From Phoronis australis (Eukaryota; Animalia; Phoronida), in contig NMRA01000030.1 of assembly GCA_002633005.1 (NCBI GenBank), forward strand, positions 528,644-592,643: DNA of 64,000 bases, in the 5' to 3' direction. How positions within the stretch are numbered: the stretch's first letter is position 1; each line of letters begins with the position of its first letter. A program made the translations under genes and the position numbers. The notes under the pieces were generated by a model, which saw nothing but the letters and a program-made list of their open reading frames with translations, did no database searches and had not been told where the DNA came from. Shown here in pieces: positions 13,301 to 24,551 of the stretch.

Positions 13301-16300
13301 CACTAAGCTGGAGTAGATGTCCCGCCTGCGCTGGCTTGGGATGGTCTGTAATGTGACAGTGTCCTCCGCTAACCTCAGCCACACCAACAGCACCAGCTCC
13401 GTCTGTGCAGCCTGAGTAAAGATAACAGTTAAAAACAAGTATTGCAAGTGCATACTATGCTCTGCTCTTATAGTCACAACGAGTGCAGGTGCATACTAGG
13501 TTCTGCTCTCATAGTCACAGGTTGTGCAGGTGCATACGAGGTTCTGCTCTCATAGTCACACGTAGTGCAGGTGTATAATAGGTTCTGCTCTCATAGTCAC
13601 TAGTGCAGGTGTATACTAGGTTCTGCTCTTAAAATCACAACTAGTGCAGGTGTATACTAGGTTCTGCTCTTATAGTCACAGGTAGTGCAGGTGTATACTA
13701 GGTTCTGGTGTTTACTTGTGACAAATGTCTCATGTCTGAGACCAGAACCTAGTAGGCAGCTGCATTAGTTGTGACTATGAGAGCAGAATGGAATAGCTAA
13801 AAAATGTCAGCCTGAATTATGTCACTGACCAGGGTTGCACTGTTCAAGGTTGCACAACTATGGTTACCAAGAGGAAAGGTTCTCCAACCTTAGAATTCAA
13901 CGTTGAAAACTGGGACTGGACAAACAATCTTATACAAGATTTTTAGACATACAAGATTCACCTAACCCACTAGAAATTTTCAAGCTAACCAGGCAACAGT
14001 TAGTAAGGAATCACAAAAATTCAAGCTTGGAGAAAATCAAATAAGGTGAAGTATCATTAAGCTTGGCCTAGCTCAGTAAATTTTAGTTGGGAACCCTGGC
14101 CATATAGCAAGTCATTGACAATGCTACATAGGGAAGTCTCCACGTCTGGGTTAGACCTCCAAAGCCTTATTTAGTAATTGACAATGTTTTATTGGGATTT
14201 CCTCAAGTCTGGGTTATGCTTCCACAGGTTGAGGACAACACCTTCCACTGACATCTGTAAACAACTTCATGTTTAAAAAAAAACATTGTTCTGAAACCTT
14301 CTCCCCACTACAATTTAAACCTTTACATTTCATCAAGATATCACAACTCCTGATCAGCAGGTTATTTGGTAAAAGTCAGACATCACATTTCCACATTTTG
14401 AGAACCAGTTGTCTCCACCGAATAGCAGGCATCAAACTGGTTCTCAAAATGTGAGCATATTATATCTGACTATTGCCGGTTATTTTGCATTCAAAACCAT
14501 GAAACCCCATTCTGCTAGGTTAATACTGAAGTGCGCGGTATTTTCCAGGCTTACAGCAACACAAAGCATCATCATTACTTTCTAAGATTTAGCTATTGGG
14601 CAGAATCGTTCACAACCGTGAACACACTTGTCAAAGCTAGTCACAACCAGGCGTTAACACATTCATAAAAACATGTCAAACAAGAGACGCAAGATTCACT
14701 ACGAGGTAGTAACAAAAGCAGGGTTCTTGTTGTCTGAATAGACTGAGAACAAGCATCTTGGAGTTGTTGGAATAACACTTGTTGTGTGCAGCCATAAGTG
14801 CAAGTAGGGCCGCTGTTTCATTAGCGCCACCTAGTGTGCGCAGCCATACGTGCAGGTAGGACCTCTGTTTAATTAGCGCCACCTAGTGTGCGTAGCCACA
14901 TGTGCAGGTAGGGTCGCTGGTTCATTAGCGCCACCTAGTGAGCTATCTCATCATTCAATGCACAACTTTCCACCAATCACATCACTCACCCCAACTTGCG
15001 CTACTTTCTCAAGTTCATCAATAAATGACGGCCACTGCTGCGGCCATTCTCTCTTGGCCATTTCCACAATTATTCGAGATATTCCATCTTTTACATACAA
15101 CTCTTCCTCTAGAATTCCATTGGTGCCCTAAAAAAGAAATCTAATTAAAATACATTTTGCTTCAGTTTAGGTAAAAAAACAAACTTAAAGCACCAAACAG
15201 CGAATTGTAACACAAATAAATTCCATCAAAACTTATCCCAAAATGATGCTCTTTTTAAAAGGAAATTACCAAACCCGGTTTTGGCCAATGGCTTAGGACC
15301 CTTTTAAGCATAAGATTTAAAAAAAAATTAGTTTCATAAGGAAACTTATTCTGTGCCATGAAAATGTTGAGAACAAATCATGAGTTATGTTGTGAACAAA
15401 CTTAACCATTTAATGACAAATTAAAGCTAAATTTGACAGTCCACAATACTCTATTACACTGTAAACCTGTGAAAAATGCTCAAAACATAACATGACATAA
15501 CCAAATGCCAGAAACTCTTTGCAGATAGCACCATGTTCTCAACTGTGCAAAGCATTATGCTTAAGAGTAGAATGAATGCTCACAAATAATGTGTCATGTG
15601 ACAAATAATGTGTCACATGACAAATAATGTCTTACGTGACAAATAATTTCACAAACCTGCTCTTCTGAAAAACTTATCTAACTTACACTCATCATGTACT
15701 GGAGTGTTGCTTCTTTAATAAAAACCTTCTTTTCAGCAGAAAGAGAATTCCATAGAAACCTGGAAAACGAGTCACTCAACTGAACTAATTATCTTCTGTA
15801 AACAAAATCTACCAACTTTGTGACAAAGTAAGTCTGCAACAACATATCACAACATTTCCATGAAGCAAAATGGAAATATGTCACACCTCAGGAAACATAA
15901 TTTTTACAATTAACATAAAAACAGAGGTTACCATTTTCAGACAGACTCTTTCAGGTTGTCAGTTCTATAAAATGAAAATGTAATGAACCATGTGTCTTTA
16001 AAAGTTATGAACTTGAGGCTACGTATGTTTCTTCTTACATATTTTAGAACAAGGATCAACTGGACTTTCATGGGGCATGTTTCATGAAAAGTGAGAAAAA
16101 CTGCTAAGCCTCAAAGAATATACACATACAACTGTTAGTTACTGAGATAATTTCTATAAATTACTGCAAGACACTGAAGTGCTCATAATTAGTTGGCTCA
16201 ACCATTTTTAGCAACTGAAAAATAGGAGCGGAAAAACTAAATTTCATTCTTAAGTCTCAAGTCACTATCATGAAACAGGCACCTGGCAAATGACAATTAC

Positions 16301-16519
16301 ATTAAAACACCATGGATTTTTAGGAAGTTCAGATATGTATCGGTTGAAACTTATTCTTGAAAGAACAGAGACATGATAATAAATGGCTACAACCTACTTT
16401 ATAGAGTGGTCTACAAGCTGCAGCCCAAAGTGACGTACATATGGTTTATACTGTCTATCAGCCAGCATGAATCCACATTCAACAGCCTCAGGGGAATTTT
16501 CGCGGAAGTCCTCGCACAA
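1203..16519 (-). CDS. XPO5: Exportin-5, partial multi-exon gene; exons (minus strand) 16398-16519, 15687-15759, 14990-15127, 13229-13411, 11104-11310, 7274-7350, 6094-6193, 5517-5600, 4189-4314, 3241-3331, 2569-2685, 1203-1354
   Basis: Spliced translation LCEDFREN..VRHFGLQL..KFLWNSL..GISRIIVEMAKREWPQQWP..TELVLLVWLRLAEDTVTLQT..RRRDI..AAECLLYVVNRKGKTEERKPLLVLF..HPSQ..PSCAYSLIDFDCDEDFNAFF..WEAMT is colinear with animal exportin-5. All 11 introns are GT-AG and phases are compatible. Confidence 0.95.
1946..1990 (-). ncRNA. Minimal type I hammerhead ribozyme (Penelope-type), sense to the XPO5 pre-mRNA
   Basis: Minus strand reads CTT-CTGATGA-T-GGTGTT(tgaataaat)GACACT-GAAA-CAT-GTC-AAG: core boxes, stem II, palindromic ACATGT stem III, GUC site and a 3-bp stem I. 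Confidence 0.7.
2347..2391 (+). ncRNA. Minimal type I hammerhead ribozyme (Penelope-type), core intact
   Basis: CTT-CTGATGA-T-GGTGTT(taaataaat)GACACC-GAAA-CAT-GTC-AAG; predicted cleavage after C2388. Confidence 0.8.
2569..2685 (-). CDS. XPO5: XPO5 exon, YRAEATDTVRLVTLLRPSLAFKVMSSKLDALLKKPVAA
   Basis: ctgcag/gtttgt, 117 nt, phase 1-1. Confidence 0.85.
3241..3331 (-). CDS. XPO5: XPO5 exon, VGHPSHSNHPSCAYSLIDFDCDEDFNAFFC
   Basis: ctcag/gtaagt, 91 nt; DFD.DEDFNAFF motif. Confidence 0.95.
3737..4075. repeat. Minisatellite, ~22-bp unit CATCACTGTTCACAG(C/T)TA(C/T)AGC
   Basis: About 15 tandem copies read directly. Confidence 0.9.
4189..4314 (-). CDS. XPO5: XPO5 exon, MLASYTQILIHSFLRHDLIKEDHELLQRLETILNICMSSLLK
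   Basis: tcctag/gttagc, 126 nt, phase 0-0. Confidence 0.88.
4398..4800. repeat. Minisatellite, 39-bp unit GTGTTCATGTGAAGGTGTTCACATCATTCAGACAGTC(A/C)A
   Basis: Tandem copies; produces the spurious 13-aa-period ORF at 4454-4648. Confidence 0.9.
5517..5600 (-). CDS. XPO5: XPO5 exon, GSDSNLCRPENFDKYLDAILALAGHPSQ
   Basis: tttcag/gtatgg, 84 nt; P.NF.KYL and HPSQ motifs. Confidence 0.93.
6094..6193 (-). CDS. XPO5: XPO5 exon, EAAFAKLDEYHYQFMKKLTQVLTGIGSQLTVLW
   Basis: tttcag/gtaagc, 100 nt. Confidence 0.92.
7274..7350 (-). CDS. XPO5: XPO5 exon, GKTEERKPLLVLFCTDAMQAIFLAT
   Basis: tttcag/gtgagt, 77 nt; GK.E.RKPL.VLF motif. Confidence 0.92.
7476..7753. mobile_element. MITE family J (TIR CATAA..AATYGYCGTGAG.GAC); other copies at 47387-47670 and a split inverted copy at 40432-40601 plus 46934-47040
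   Basis: Terminal inverted repeats and a ~280-bp body shared between copies; TSD not resolved. Confidence 0.7.
8030..10255. repeat. Near-identical ~860-bp direct duplication (8030-8893 vs 9382-10255) separated by an N and a hAT-like MITE end (8896-9381)
   Basis: Sequences align with scattered SNPs and indels; N at 8895. Confidence 0.9.
10207..10902. repeat. Minisatellite, 49-51-bp unit GAGTATACTGGCCTATCTTAGTGGTGGCCACTCAAGTGATC.., ~14 copies
   Basis: Tandem copies with recurring unit variants and no unique spacers. Confidence 0.92.
11104..11310 (-). CDS. XPO5: XPO5 exon, RNASSSLAAVHC...FLDWISI...AAECLLYVVNRK
   Basis: ttccag/gtaacc, 207 nt; lies within ORF 11071-11562. Confidence 0.92.
11320..11545. 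repeat. Minisatellite, ~26-bp unit ATACATACCGGTATGAGAACACCACA
   Basis: Tandem copies abutting the XPO5 acceptor at 11311. Confidence 0.85.
11541..11828. repeat. Tandem repeat, ~70-bp unit x4
   Basis: CAATTGAGACAACCAATCACACCTGCTCTAGTC recurs at 11551, 11621, 11689 and 11761. Confidence 0.93.
12960..13200 (+). mobile_element. Penelope-like 3-prime end fragment with a degenerate hammerhead (13082-13118)
   Basis: LNRDGGEYQLLRIY C-terminal motif followed by gTGATGA-AGAC..GTC-aAAA..TGTC. Confidence 0.55.
13229..13411 (-). CDS. XPO5: XPO5 exon, AAQTELVLLVWLRLAEDTVTLQTIPSQRRRDIY...DKYRQL
   Basis: ctcag/gtaaga, 183 nt; lies within ORF 13217-13477. Confidence 0.95.
13450..13790. repeat. ~41-bp minisatellite ending in one inverted unit (13741-13790)
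   Basis: GTGCAGGTGTATACTAGGTTCTGCTCTCATAGTCAA-like unit repeated, then its reverse complement. Confidence 0.85.
14798..14941. repeat. ~52-bp tandem repeat x3, each unit with a CTCF-like motif TAGCGCCACCTAGTG
   Basis: Motif at about 14822, 14874 and 14926. Confidence 0.75.
14990..15127 (-). CDS. XPO5: XPO5 exon, GTNGILEEELYVKDGISRIIVEMAKREWPQQWPSFIDELEKVAQVG
   Basis: ttttag/gtgagt, 138 nt; KREWPQ.WP exportin motif. Confidence 0.95.
15687..15759 (-). CDS. XPO5: XPO5 exon, FLWNSLSAEKKVFIKEATLQYMMS
   Basis: ttccag/gtaagt, 73 nt; phase fits both neighbours. Confidence 0.9.
16398..16519 (-). CDS. XPO5: XPO5 exon (IBN_N region), LCEDFRENSPEAVECGFMLADRQYKPYVRHFGLQLVDHSIK
   Basis: tttcag acceptor, gtaggt donor, 122 nt; VRHFGLQ motif. 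Confidence 0.93.
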
Positions 16520-16854
16520 CTGAAACAATCAAGGACACATGTACTTCGTATCATAAAGTGCTAAAGCATAAATGAGGCTTACACATGCACGCACGCACTC
16601 AGAGACATATACGAGGGGTTGAAGGGGTGAGGTCGCATCACAATTCACACAATGCGAAATTATCCACGTCACAAATGACATTTTTTCAAGTTTTACAATG
16701 TGTTGATCGGGTCAGTGGTTCTTCATTAAAAGTCCTCTGTTGAGCTTTATAACTTTCTCGTCTCTACACTACATAGTAATATGATGTTGCAACATACACT
16801 TGGTCCGCAACACGGACACGACAAGCAAATGAATAACTAAGTAATAATGTAAGT

Positions 16855-17930
16855 TTAACAGATAAGTTCAACAGGTGTGTTACATCTAGTCTCTGGTGCT
16901 ACATGAAATCTCTGTGATGTGAAGGTTTTGTGATCTTTGGTATAGATCTCCGCATCAGTCTCTGTCCTCTTGGACGTGAATATGATGGGAGGGAGGACCT
17001 TCTGGTGCCTTGTCTTTGGTATCTGGTCACAAGAAGGTTGTTCATCACCGAAATAAACTTGTTTAGGCAATATGTCATGAAGGTGGTTCCTGTTGCACCG
17101 AACTCGTAACTATCATGGTTCTTATCCTTGCTTACGAGGGTACCTGGACACCATGTCTTGCTCTGTTGGTCAAGAATACTGACATGTTGGCCAGGGATCA
17201 GGGGGGGAGGCATCCGCTTCAAGCTGGTCTTGTCAGGGATCAGAGGTGGAGGCATCTGCTTCAAGCTGGTCTTGTCAGGGATCAGAGGTGGAGGCATCCG
17301 CTTCAAGCTGGTCTTGTCAGGGATCAGAGGTGGAGGCATCCGCTTCAAGCTGGTCTTGTCAGGGATCAGAGGTGGAGGCATCCGCTTTAAGCTGGTCTTG
17401 TCAGGGATCAGAGGTGGAGTCATCCGCTTCAAGCTGAGCTTGTCATGATCATACTTTATACTATATACTCGATCTTTAAATATATTGCAATGTTCGTCCT
17501 TCCCACATCCAGAACAGCTTGTCAAAGTGGTGATGACTGCTTAGCTTACTAAATTTTAGTTCCCCTGGCAATGGAAGATGAGCATTAACAGCTGTAGCTC
17601 TGAGCTGCAATACAGCCAGGGCGATGTTGAATTTTTGAGCATGCTGTGCATGTCGTTCAATAAAATCATTGCAGCAGGCGTAGTGAGGAAAGCTAGTGAC
17701 ATGGTGGATGCCCTGGGACAAGAAGGTTGCGCCAGTATACAGTAGTCTATTGTCCGTCATGATTTGGTCAGGTCTGACACATACCCCATATCCTGACAGC
17801 TTGGCTGGTCATTGAGGAGGTGATATTTCAAATAGCTGTCAACAGTCAGCAGGAAATGTCTTCCATCAATCTCAAAGAGGTCAGAACCAATGAACTGCCA
17901 TGGTCTTGATGGCTCATTTTTGCGCATGGT
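16855..17930 (-). mobile_element. Degenerate Ty3/Gypsy LTR-retrotransposon integrase remnant
   Basis: Frameshifted pieces PSRPWQFIGSDLFEIDGRHFLLTVDSY, GIHHVTSFPHY..N.FIER, LAVLQLRAT..LPLPGEL and PPLIPGQHVSILD..SKTWCPGTLVSK..SYEF match the integrase core and C-terminal domain. Confidence 0.85.
17190..17435 (-). repeat. 42-bp in-frame tandem repeat (~6 copies; PPLIPDKTSLKRMP) inside the Gypsy integrase
   Basis: Visible in the DNA and in ORF 16899-17525. Confidence 0.93.
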
Positions 17931-20489
17931 GAAAAAATCAATGGCGACCAAAAAATAGATTTGAAATTCTTCACTTAATTCCTCCAGACATGCTTCATCA
18001 AAGATATGCATAGAACCAGAAAGGATCCCGTAAGTAAATGTCAATTTTAAGTGTCAAATGCATTTTTGATGAGGTGAAAACCTCTTATTCAGTGACCCGA
18101 TTTGGACTACTGGCCGTTTAAAATACACGGGATGAAATAAGTACAGGAAGTAGACAAATCTTACACTAACAAGTGGGCAAGAAAGTGTGCACCATTTACC
18201 CCAGAGCACAGTGAAGTCCTCAGCCATCACCGAATGAAGGGAGCTATTCATGGGCTAGTCTGAACATGCTGGATGAGATAATTGCAAACGTAAACCAACA
18301 AGCCTGTTAAGCTTACAAGTTTCAAAGTAATTAAAACAAACTACAAGCAAGGCAAAAGACCAACGTGACTATTTTTTTAAAAAAAATTGACTAGGAAACA
18401 TTAGCCATCTTTGAATTTTTAAAATCAAGGCATTATAAGAAAAATTAGCAAATAGATTTTCTTCAGAATCGTGGCAAGCAATGAGCATTAATTTGTGAAT
18501 CCATTAGTCACAGTCTGGCTCACTTAGGCATTGGGGTAGCCTTGGTACAAAGCTGAATATTGTATAATTATACAGCTTTGAGCCGATGTGGGTAAAAATG
18601 ACCACATAAAATCTGACACAAAATTAGTGTCATTAAAAATTGCACTCGTACTTCAGTAAACTAAATTATTTACCGTTGTTGGAAAAACTGACATTCTACT
18701 GTTATTCTGCTGCTAAAATTGCAGTGCGATCTTTTGCGTCCGCTTTCGGTACCATGATATATTGTGTCACCTATTGGCCACTTTCTTTTTTTGCCAAATC
18801 TTCAATCAACCGTTGTTCTTTATGAGGTTGCGTACAAGTCACAATAAATTTACCGGAACTGGTTTCACTTCATTATAAGTTTTTAGAATTTTGATATCAG
18901 CAAACCTAATTTCAGAACAAATTTTACAGCTAAAAAGCAGTCATCATCTTCCAAGAGATGTTGCAAAAAATTAGGAAACGGCATGTGCGCGTGTCACGAG
19001 CATACTGTTTTCAAAACAAAGATATACTTTCATTGTTACAAAAGGTGAAGAATTACGCAAGAAAATGATGTTTATTTGATTGCCTTTCACTTAAACGGTT
19101 GTAGTGGGCAAGGTGTTGGTTGACTCCCAGATTTTGCATACACCCCAGCTGGTTCTTTAGCTCTACATGCTGATACAAGTTTTGAACAGAAAGGTAATGA
19201 GCAGAACTACCCGGACTGTGTGCAATTTCGGAGCTCAACACTGGTATCTAGTTGTATTTTGACAATAGTTTTCATACAGCTAGCTAGCTCGCTAGATTTG
19301 TCTCATGTAAAGCTAGCCAAAGGGCCATGTGTTGCCTAGACAGTGCCAACTTCTCTACTAACTTAGCACCAGGGGAAATAACATATCTCATGGCGCAAGA
19401 AGTGTAAAAATGGCCAGTTGCCAATTTGGGCAACTGAACGAAGGATTGCTCAAAAAAGTTTGATTACAGGAGTACTAGTATTTGCTTGTGTTAGAAGGAA
19501 TTAAAGGCACTAGTCAGATATAATGGACCCTGATTTAGAGAACCAAGCAAGCACTGACTAACGACCCCAAACCAGTTTAGTTCACTGAATAACAGGGTCG
19601 ACATTTAATGGACGAAACTGGTTTTCTAGATAAGGGTCCATTATATTCCACTATTGGCAAATTCAAGACATGGCCTCCTAAGGTGTCTCTCTATGTGCAA
19701 AAGGTACTTATAGCAACGTGACTTTAATGGTTTAATCAGTGTGAGGCATAATTCTTCGAAAAGCTTACGGCGTATGAAAGCCCTATGCACCATTAGAAGT
19801 ATTACCGAGGAAAAAAACCTAGTTACTTTATGGCAAGCGCACATGTTAAGAGTAGCATTGCGTAGTCACGTCGTTTGCAAGCCACATAAACGTGAAATTT
19901 GTGAGGTTTGTGTCCCTTGGACTTTTTATTCGTCAACATGCGTGATTTCACGTAACTTCCTCAAAATGGCAACTTGGTAAGAGAAACTCAAGCAAAATGT
20001 GACAGATGATCATGGATATGTTCACCAACAGGCGTCCTCAGCTGCTGATCATAACCAATACACTATATAATACTACAAGGTATGAAACTCCGGACTAGAA
20101 ATTCCACGGGTGCTTCACTTCAGTCATCCATAGCAAACACAAAACTCAATAAATTTACACAAAACAGAGGTTCAACAAACCATGAGGAATTGTTCTTTCT
20201 CCCAACACCATTTACGGTGTCCTGCTCCACCGTGTTCGCAAGAAATTCGTGGTCAAAGCACAAAAATGAATAACCACTTTATATTTCGCTTAAACACTTG
20301 CAACTCAGGTACTGTGATGTCCTAATGCATGTAACTTTATATATTCCAGCATTTCTCACTCTGGCTCTACCTTTGGCAAGGGTTTTAATTATTTCGCTTA
20401 TGTTCCCTGCTGTTTGCAATTTTGTTACATTCACAATTTCAGGCTTAGCTGCATGTACTAATACCATGAAGATAGAGTCTGTCATTTAA

Positions 20490-23400
20490 AGTTATAGGAA
20501 AACGAAAGACAAGGTTAAAGTTGTAGACTTTGTCATGTCTTTGTGTGCTGAAGGAGTGTGCACAAGGCAGTGTCTGGTGTTATCACAAACTTCCGAGTTT
20601 TGAACAAGAACAGTGCTAGGAAGAGAGGGTCAATTAAGTTAATACAGTATCTCTCTGAAGAGTTCAATTATACGGGGGCTTTGCCACAACCTTTCATACC
20701 AGAAGCACCTACATTATCCACACCACAGTCCGCACAACAGCCAGCACCCTAGCCCTCCACATCGTTGGCTCATGAAGTGGAGTCTCTACAAAAACACCTC
20801 AAGTACAAAAAGAAATAAGTGGAGAGTCTGCAACGTTCCACAAAAGCAAAGTCTATTAGGCCGAAGCAGAAAGCCCTACAAGTTAAATATTACAAAACAA
20901 AAGAATCAAAAAGACTAAAAGCTGCTTCGGACAGGAATGAAGCTTTACAGAAAGAAATTAGCAGGTTGCAAGACCTGGGCCCGGTTTCCAATCTCCGTAC
21001 TCAGACTCATACTCGAGATTTCATACTCAAAATCGTGCTCACTGGAGTCGTACTCAAAAAAGCGTATCTAATGTCTTATTTCGAGTAGACTCCAAACGTA
21101 CTCAAATCTGACACTCATACTCGAGTTGCTATGGAACTCTTTATGATGTGAAGTGCAAAATCACGCAAAGCCGCACTGATTCATCGCTCGCTATTGGAAT
21201 AGACCACCCCAAGAACTAGGCCTACATTATCGTCTGCTGTCGCTACAACTTCAAGAGTATGTCTATAACGTGGAATTCTGAGTGTTCTGTAACTGTTATT
21301 CATTTTTTAGTTTCAATAAATATTGTTATGCCATTTCTTTGATACATTTGGAAATTATTAAGCTTTAAGTTACTTCTTGACTTCCTCACCCAGTCCCGAA
21401 AATGTCTGAAATTTGTAACAGCTTATCACATCACATCACATCTCTGTTGCTAATTTAGTCTTGACATAAAACCCATTGCTGTGTAGGCCTACGCTGATGT
21501 CAAACTTTGGTACTGTATCTTTGCATTTTACCGGGATGTATCAAGTGAGTTGACATTTGGTACGTGAGTTAAAAAACAATACTTGTGCAGGCATTCAGAG
21601 TTCACCAGTGGCAGTGAACGGGACGAGACGTCTACTTAGAAATCGGCAAACAAAGTCTGGAATTCCATTTGGGGATTGAGGAATTATAGATGACTAAGTT
21701 ATGATGAGAAATGTACCTGACAGGGAAGCGAACTTTTTTAACTTCCCTCCCCTCCTCGTCTTTTGGAAACCCTACAAATCGTAGGCACACATACCGAAAT
21801 AAGGGCAGCACAAACTTCTCACACGACTTTTCCCACAACTGCTTTCGACGCTTGTTACGACTCGCCGACAAGGGATTACAATGAGGCCTGTTGCCAGGAA
21901 TTGTAGAAGTAGAATGGCTGCCGTAACATACAGTGATACGGCGGATTAATAAGGTGAAGAATAAGAAGATTTAAGATGAAAACTATTATCTCTGAACTGA
22001 AATTGAAGTGCTGAGATACGGTAAGAGGACTTATTTTTTTAGATTTGCTGTGTTTCTTGGTTCCTTTTCGATATTTTGTTCTCTGGCTCGTATTTATTTT
22101 CGAGTACGATTTCAAGCACACTGCCATACCAAACTTGAAATTTGAGCATAGACTCCAAATTTTTACTCAAAATCGTACTCGAAATATAGATGAGATACAC
22201 TTCAGTTCGAGTACACTCGAAAACTGAGTACGTGCTCGAAATTTCGAGTACAGATTTTTCGAGTATGACATTGAATACACCAAAGCTGAGTCTGTACTCG
22301 AGTTGAGTATGAAGTGTGAGTTTGAGCATGATTCGAGTCTGAGTACGGAGATTGGAGACCGGGCCCAGGTTTCCCTGCACGAGGCAAGTTTGCAAAGCTT
22401 GCTGGCGGAACGATCAGATCTTAAAGATGAACTAGCATGGCTTGGTGCTGTGGCTAACGAACCAGTGAAGAAGACGGTGGAAACGAAAACATCTATAGGA
22501 ACCAGTACACCACCAAGGTTATGGAGTGTTGCTTCAATTTGCTGAATGAAATCGTTCCCACAGGAAGAGTCTCGTATGTCATTTCCTCTGTGCTGAAATT
22601 AGTAGAACTAGAAGCAACAGAACTTCCATCCAAGAGCACCGTGAACAATTGAAATGTTGCTAGATTAGTTCTAGCCCAACAGCAACTGGCTGAAAAGTTT
22701 GAAGAGGGAGGGGATTCATATGGACTTTTGTCAGATGAGACTTCCAAGTTTGGCAAGAAGTTTGAGGGTTTTCACGTGAGCGACAAGGAAGGTGATCTCT
22801 TCACCCTTCGTCTGCGGCAAATGACCACCAAGTCCAGCCAAGACACTCTGAATGTTTTTAAAGAAATCCTAGAAGATATTGAACAGTCAGCAGCATCCGC
22901 AACGTCCACCAGTTCTACAAATTTACTCTTGAACATTTGTAGCACCATGTCTGACCAATCTGCCACTCAAAGAAAATTCAATGAACTTCTTCAAGAGTAT
23001 AGGGAAGAACTTCTGCTGGGCATAGTCGAACGTTTTGAGGAACTTGATCACCAACAGCTTGCGGTCAGCAAACTGTCAAAGTTTTTTTCTGGACTGCACT
23101 CACTCATCCATCTTGCGGAGGCAGCATCAAAGTCGTTGCTGGAAGCACAGGCTGGATTTTTTGAGAAGCCGCCAATACAAGACCCACACTTCCAGAAGGC
23201 CACAGAATCTGGAACAAACCGGCTTATCAGAACTGCATCAAAAGCCGTTTCCCGTGGAGGAGACGAGAAAAATGGATGCCATGGAGATTTCTCTGTACAC
23301 ATTCAAGATTGGCTACTCGATCAAGGCTTCCATAGCATACCAGTAGAAAAATTTTGTAGCAACCGATTTAACATCCTTTTCACCAATGCATCAGGAATCT

Positions 23401-24551
23401 TCTTCATTTCCAATCACCTCTCATTATTCCTCGACACCAATGACACAAATCGTCTTTTGAAATCCATAAAACATGATCTAGCCAACACTGAGTACGTTGC
23501 CGGTTGTAAGACCTTCCGTCTCATTTGTCATCTGATCACATCACCACTCTAGGCCATCGTCGAAGATAAGGAAATTCATTCTTGACACTGGAAAATATTT
23601 TCAGGACAATATTGACTACTGTCTGATGTGTCTGAACAGAGTTATGGAATTCGTTCAAGGAAACTTGATTCTGTCATTTGTCAATCAGCGAAGGCTGGAA
23701 ATGGACGCAATATTTCAGTGTTTAGTGACTCCGTGGGAACACGACCACCTGGTTGAGATGTACTTATTGTGTACGTTGCCATATCTCATTGCTATGATGC
23801 GTATCCTTTTAAGTGACCACTTAGGTGGGAAGTGGGCTGAACTAGATGACGAATCATTGAGTAAATTGCTAAAGCGTTACCTTGAAAGGTCTTCCAAAGC
23901 ATAATAAAAATAGTGAATCAATCTTCGGCCACTTAGACAACCTGTTGAGGGAAAAGCCGGTTGTAATTACGATACGTGCTGAGAGCTACGTCATGTTTTA
24001 CCACAATAAAACAATGGACTGGTTTATGATAGGGAAAATTAATCGAAAAAGCGTGGAAACAAGTGAAGCATACATGGAGAAAGTTCAAGACTAGGTTGAC
24101 AGAAATTCAGGCACGAAGGAAAGAAATTATGGCAGACAGAATGTGGAAAGCGGAAGAAATTCAGTTAAAGAAAATGAGATTGAAAGAACGTTACACGGAG
24201 GAAATGATTTGCTGGGGCCTGTGGCAGTCCATGGAGGACGTGGTAAGGCGGCTTGCGTCTATCAAGTTTAAAGGCAAGTTGGCAGCTCTTAGAGCTCAGC
24301 TGAACTTTAGGAAGTGTATTTTGCGTCAGCCAGCACCAACTGGATTTACAGAATGTTGAAATTTAACTAAAATGGAGTGGGGAAGAGTAAATCTTTCTGT
24401 TAACAGTTTAACTACAAATGTGAAATGCCTCATCGCAGAACTGAAAAGTGTTTCCTCTCAAGGTGGTAATATTTTAGTGTCAAAAAATGTTCGCCATAAG
24501 TTTGTGGAAGATGATGAGGAGAGGTGGTATGATGGTTTTGTTATATCACAG
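20490..24551 (+). pseudogene. Divergent hAT-like DDE transposase pseudogene with an N-terminal coiled coil and a C-terminal Spin/Ssty-like Tudor segment
   Basis: ORFs 20558, 20819, 22303, 22728, 23626, 23882, 24063 and 24372 join via stops and frameshifts. Motifs: LLSDETSK (D), TMSDQSA (D), FF(S/C)GLH (CxxH), NRFNILF and HNKNSESIF (E). Confidence 0.75.
20978..22365. mobile_element. PIF/Harbinger non-autonomous element, family B copy 1
   Basis: TIR GGCCCGGT(T/C)TCCAATCTCCGTACTCAGACTC with CTG/CAG flanks; removing it restores the host transposase frame. Confidence 0.88.

Noticed and set aside
19517-19647. Inverted repeat as a pre-miRNA or structured RNA
   Set aside because: Imperfect ~28-bp arms around a long loop are typical of a small MITE remnant, and there is no other support
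22728-23552. 274-aa ORF as an intact or domesticated gene
   Set aside because: It has no ATG start, is flanked by in-frame stops and frameshifts, has the CxxH cysteine mutated, and its upstream coding region is interrupted by a MITE
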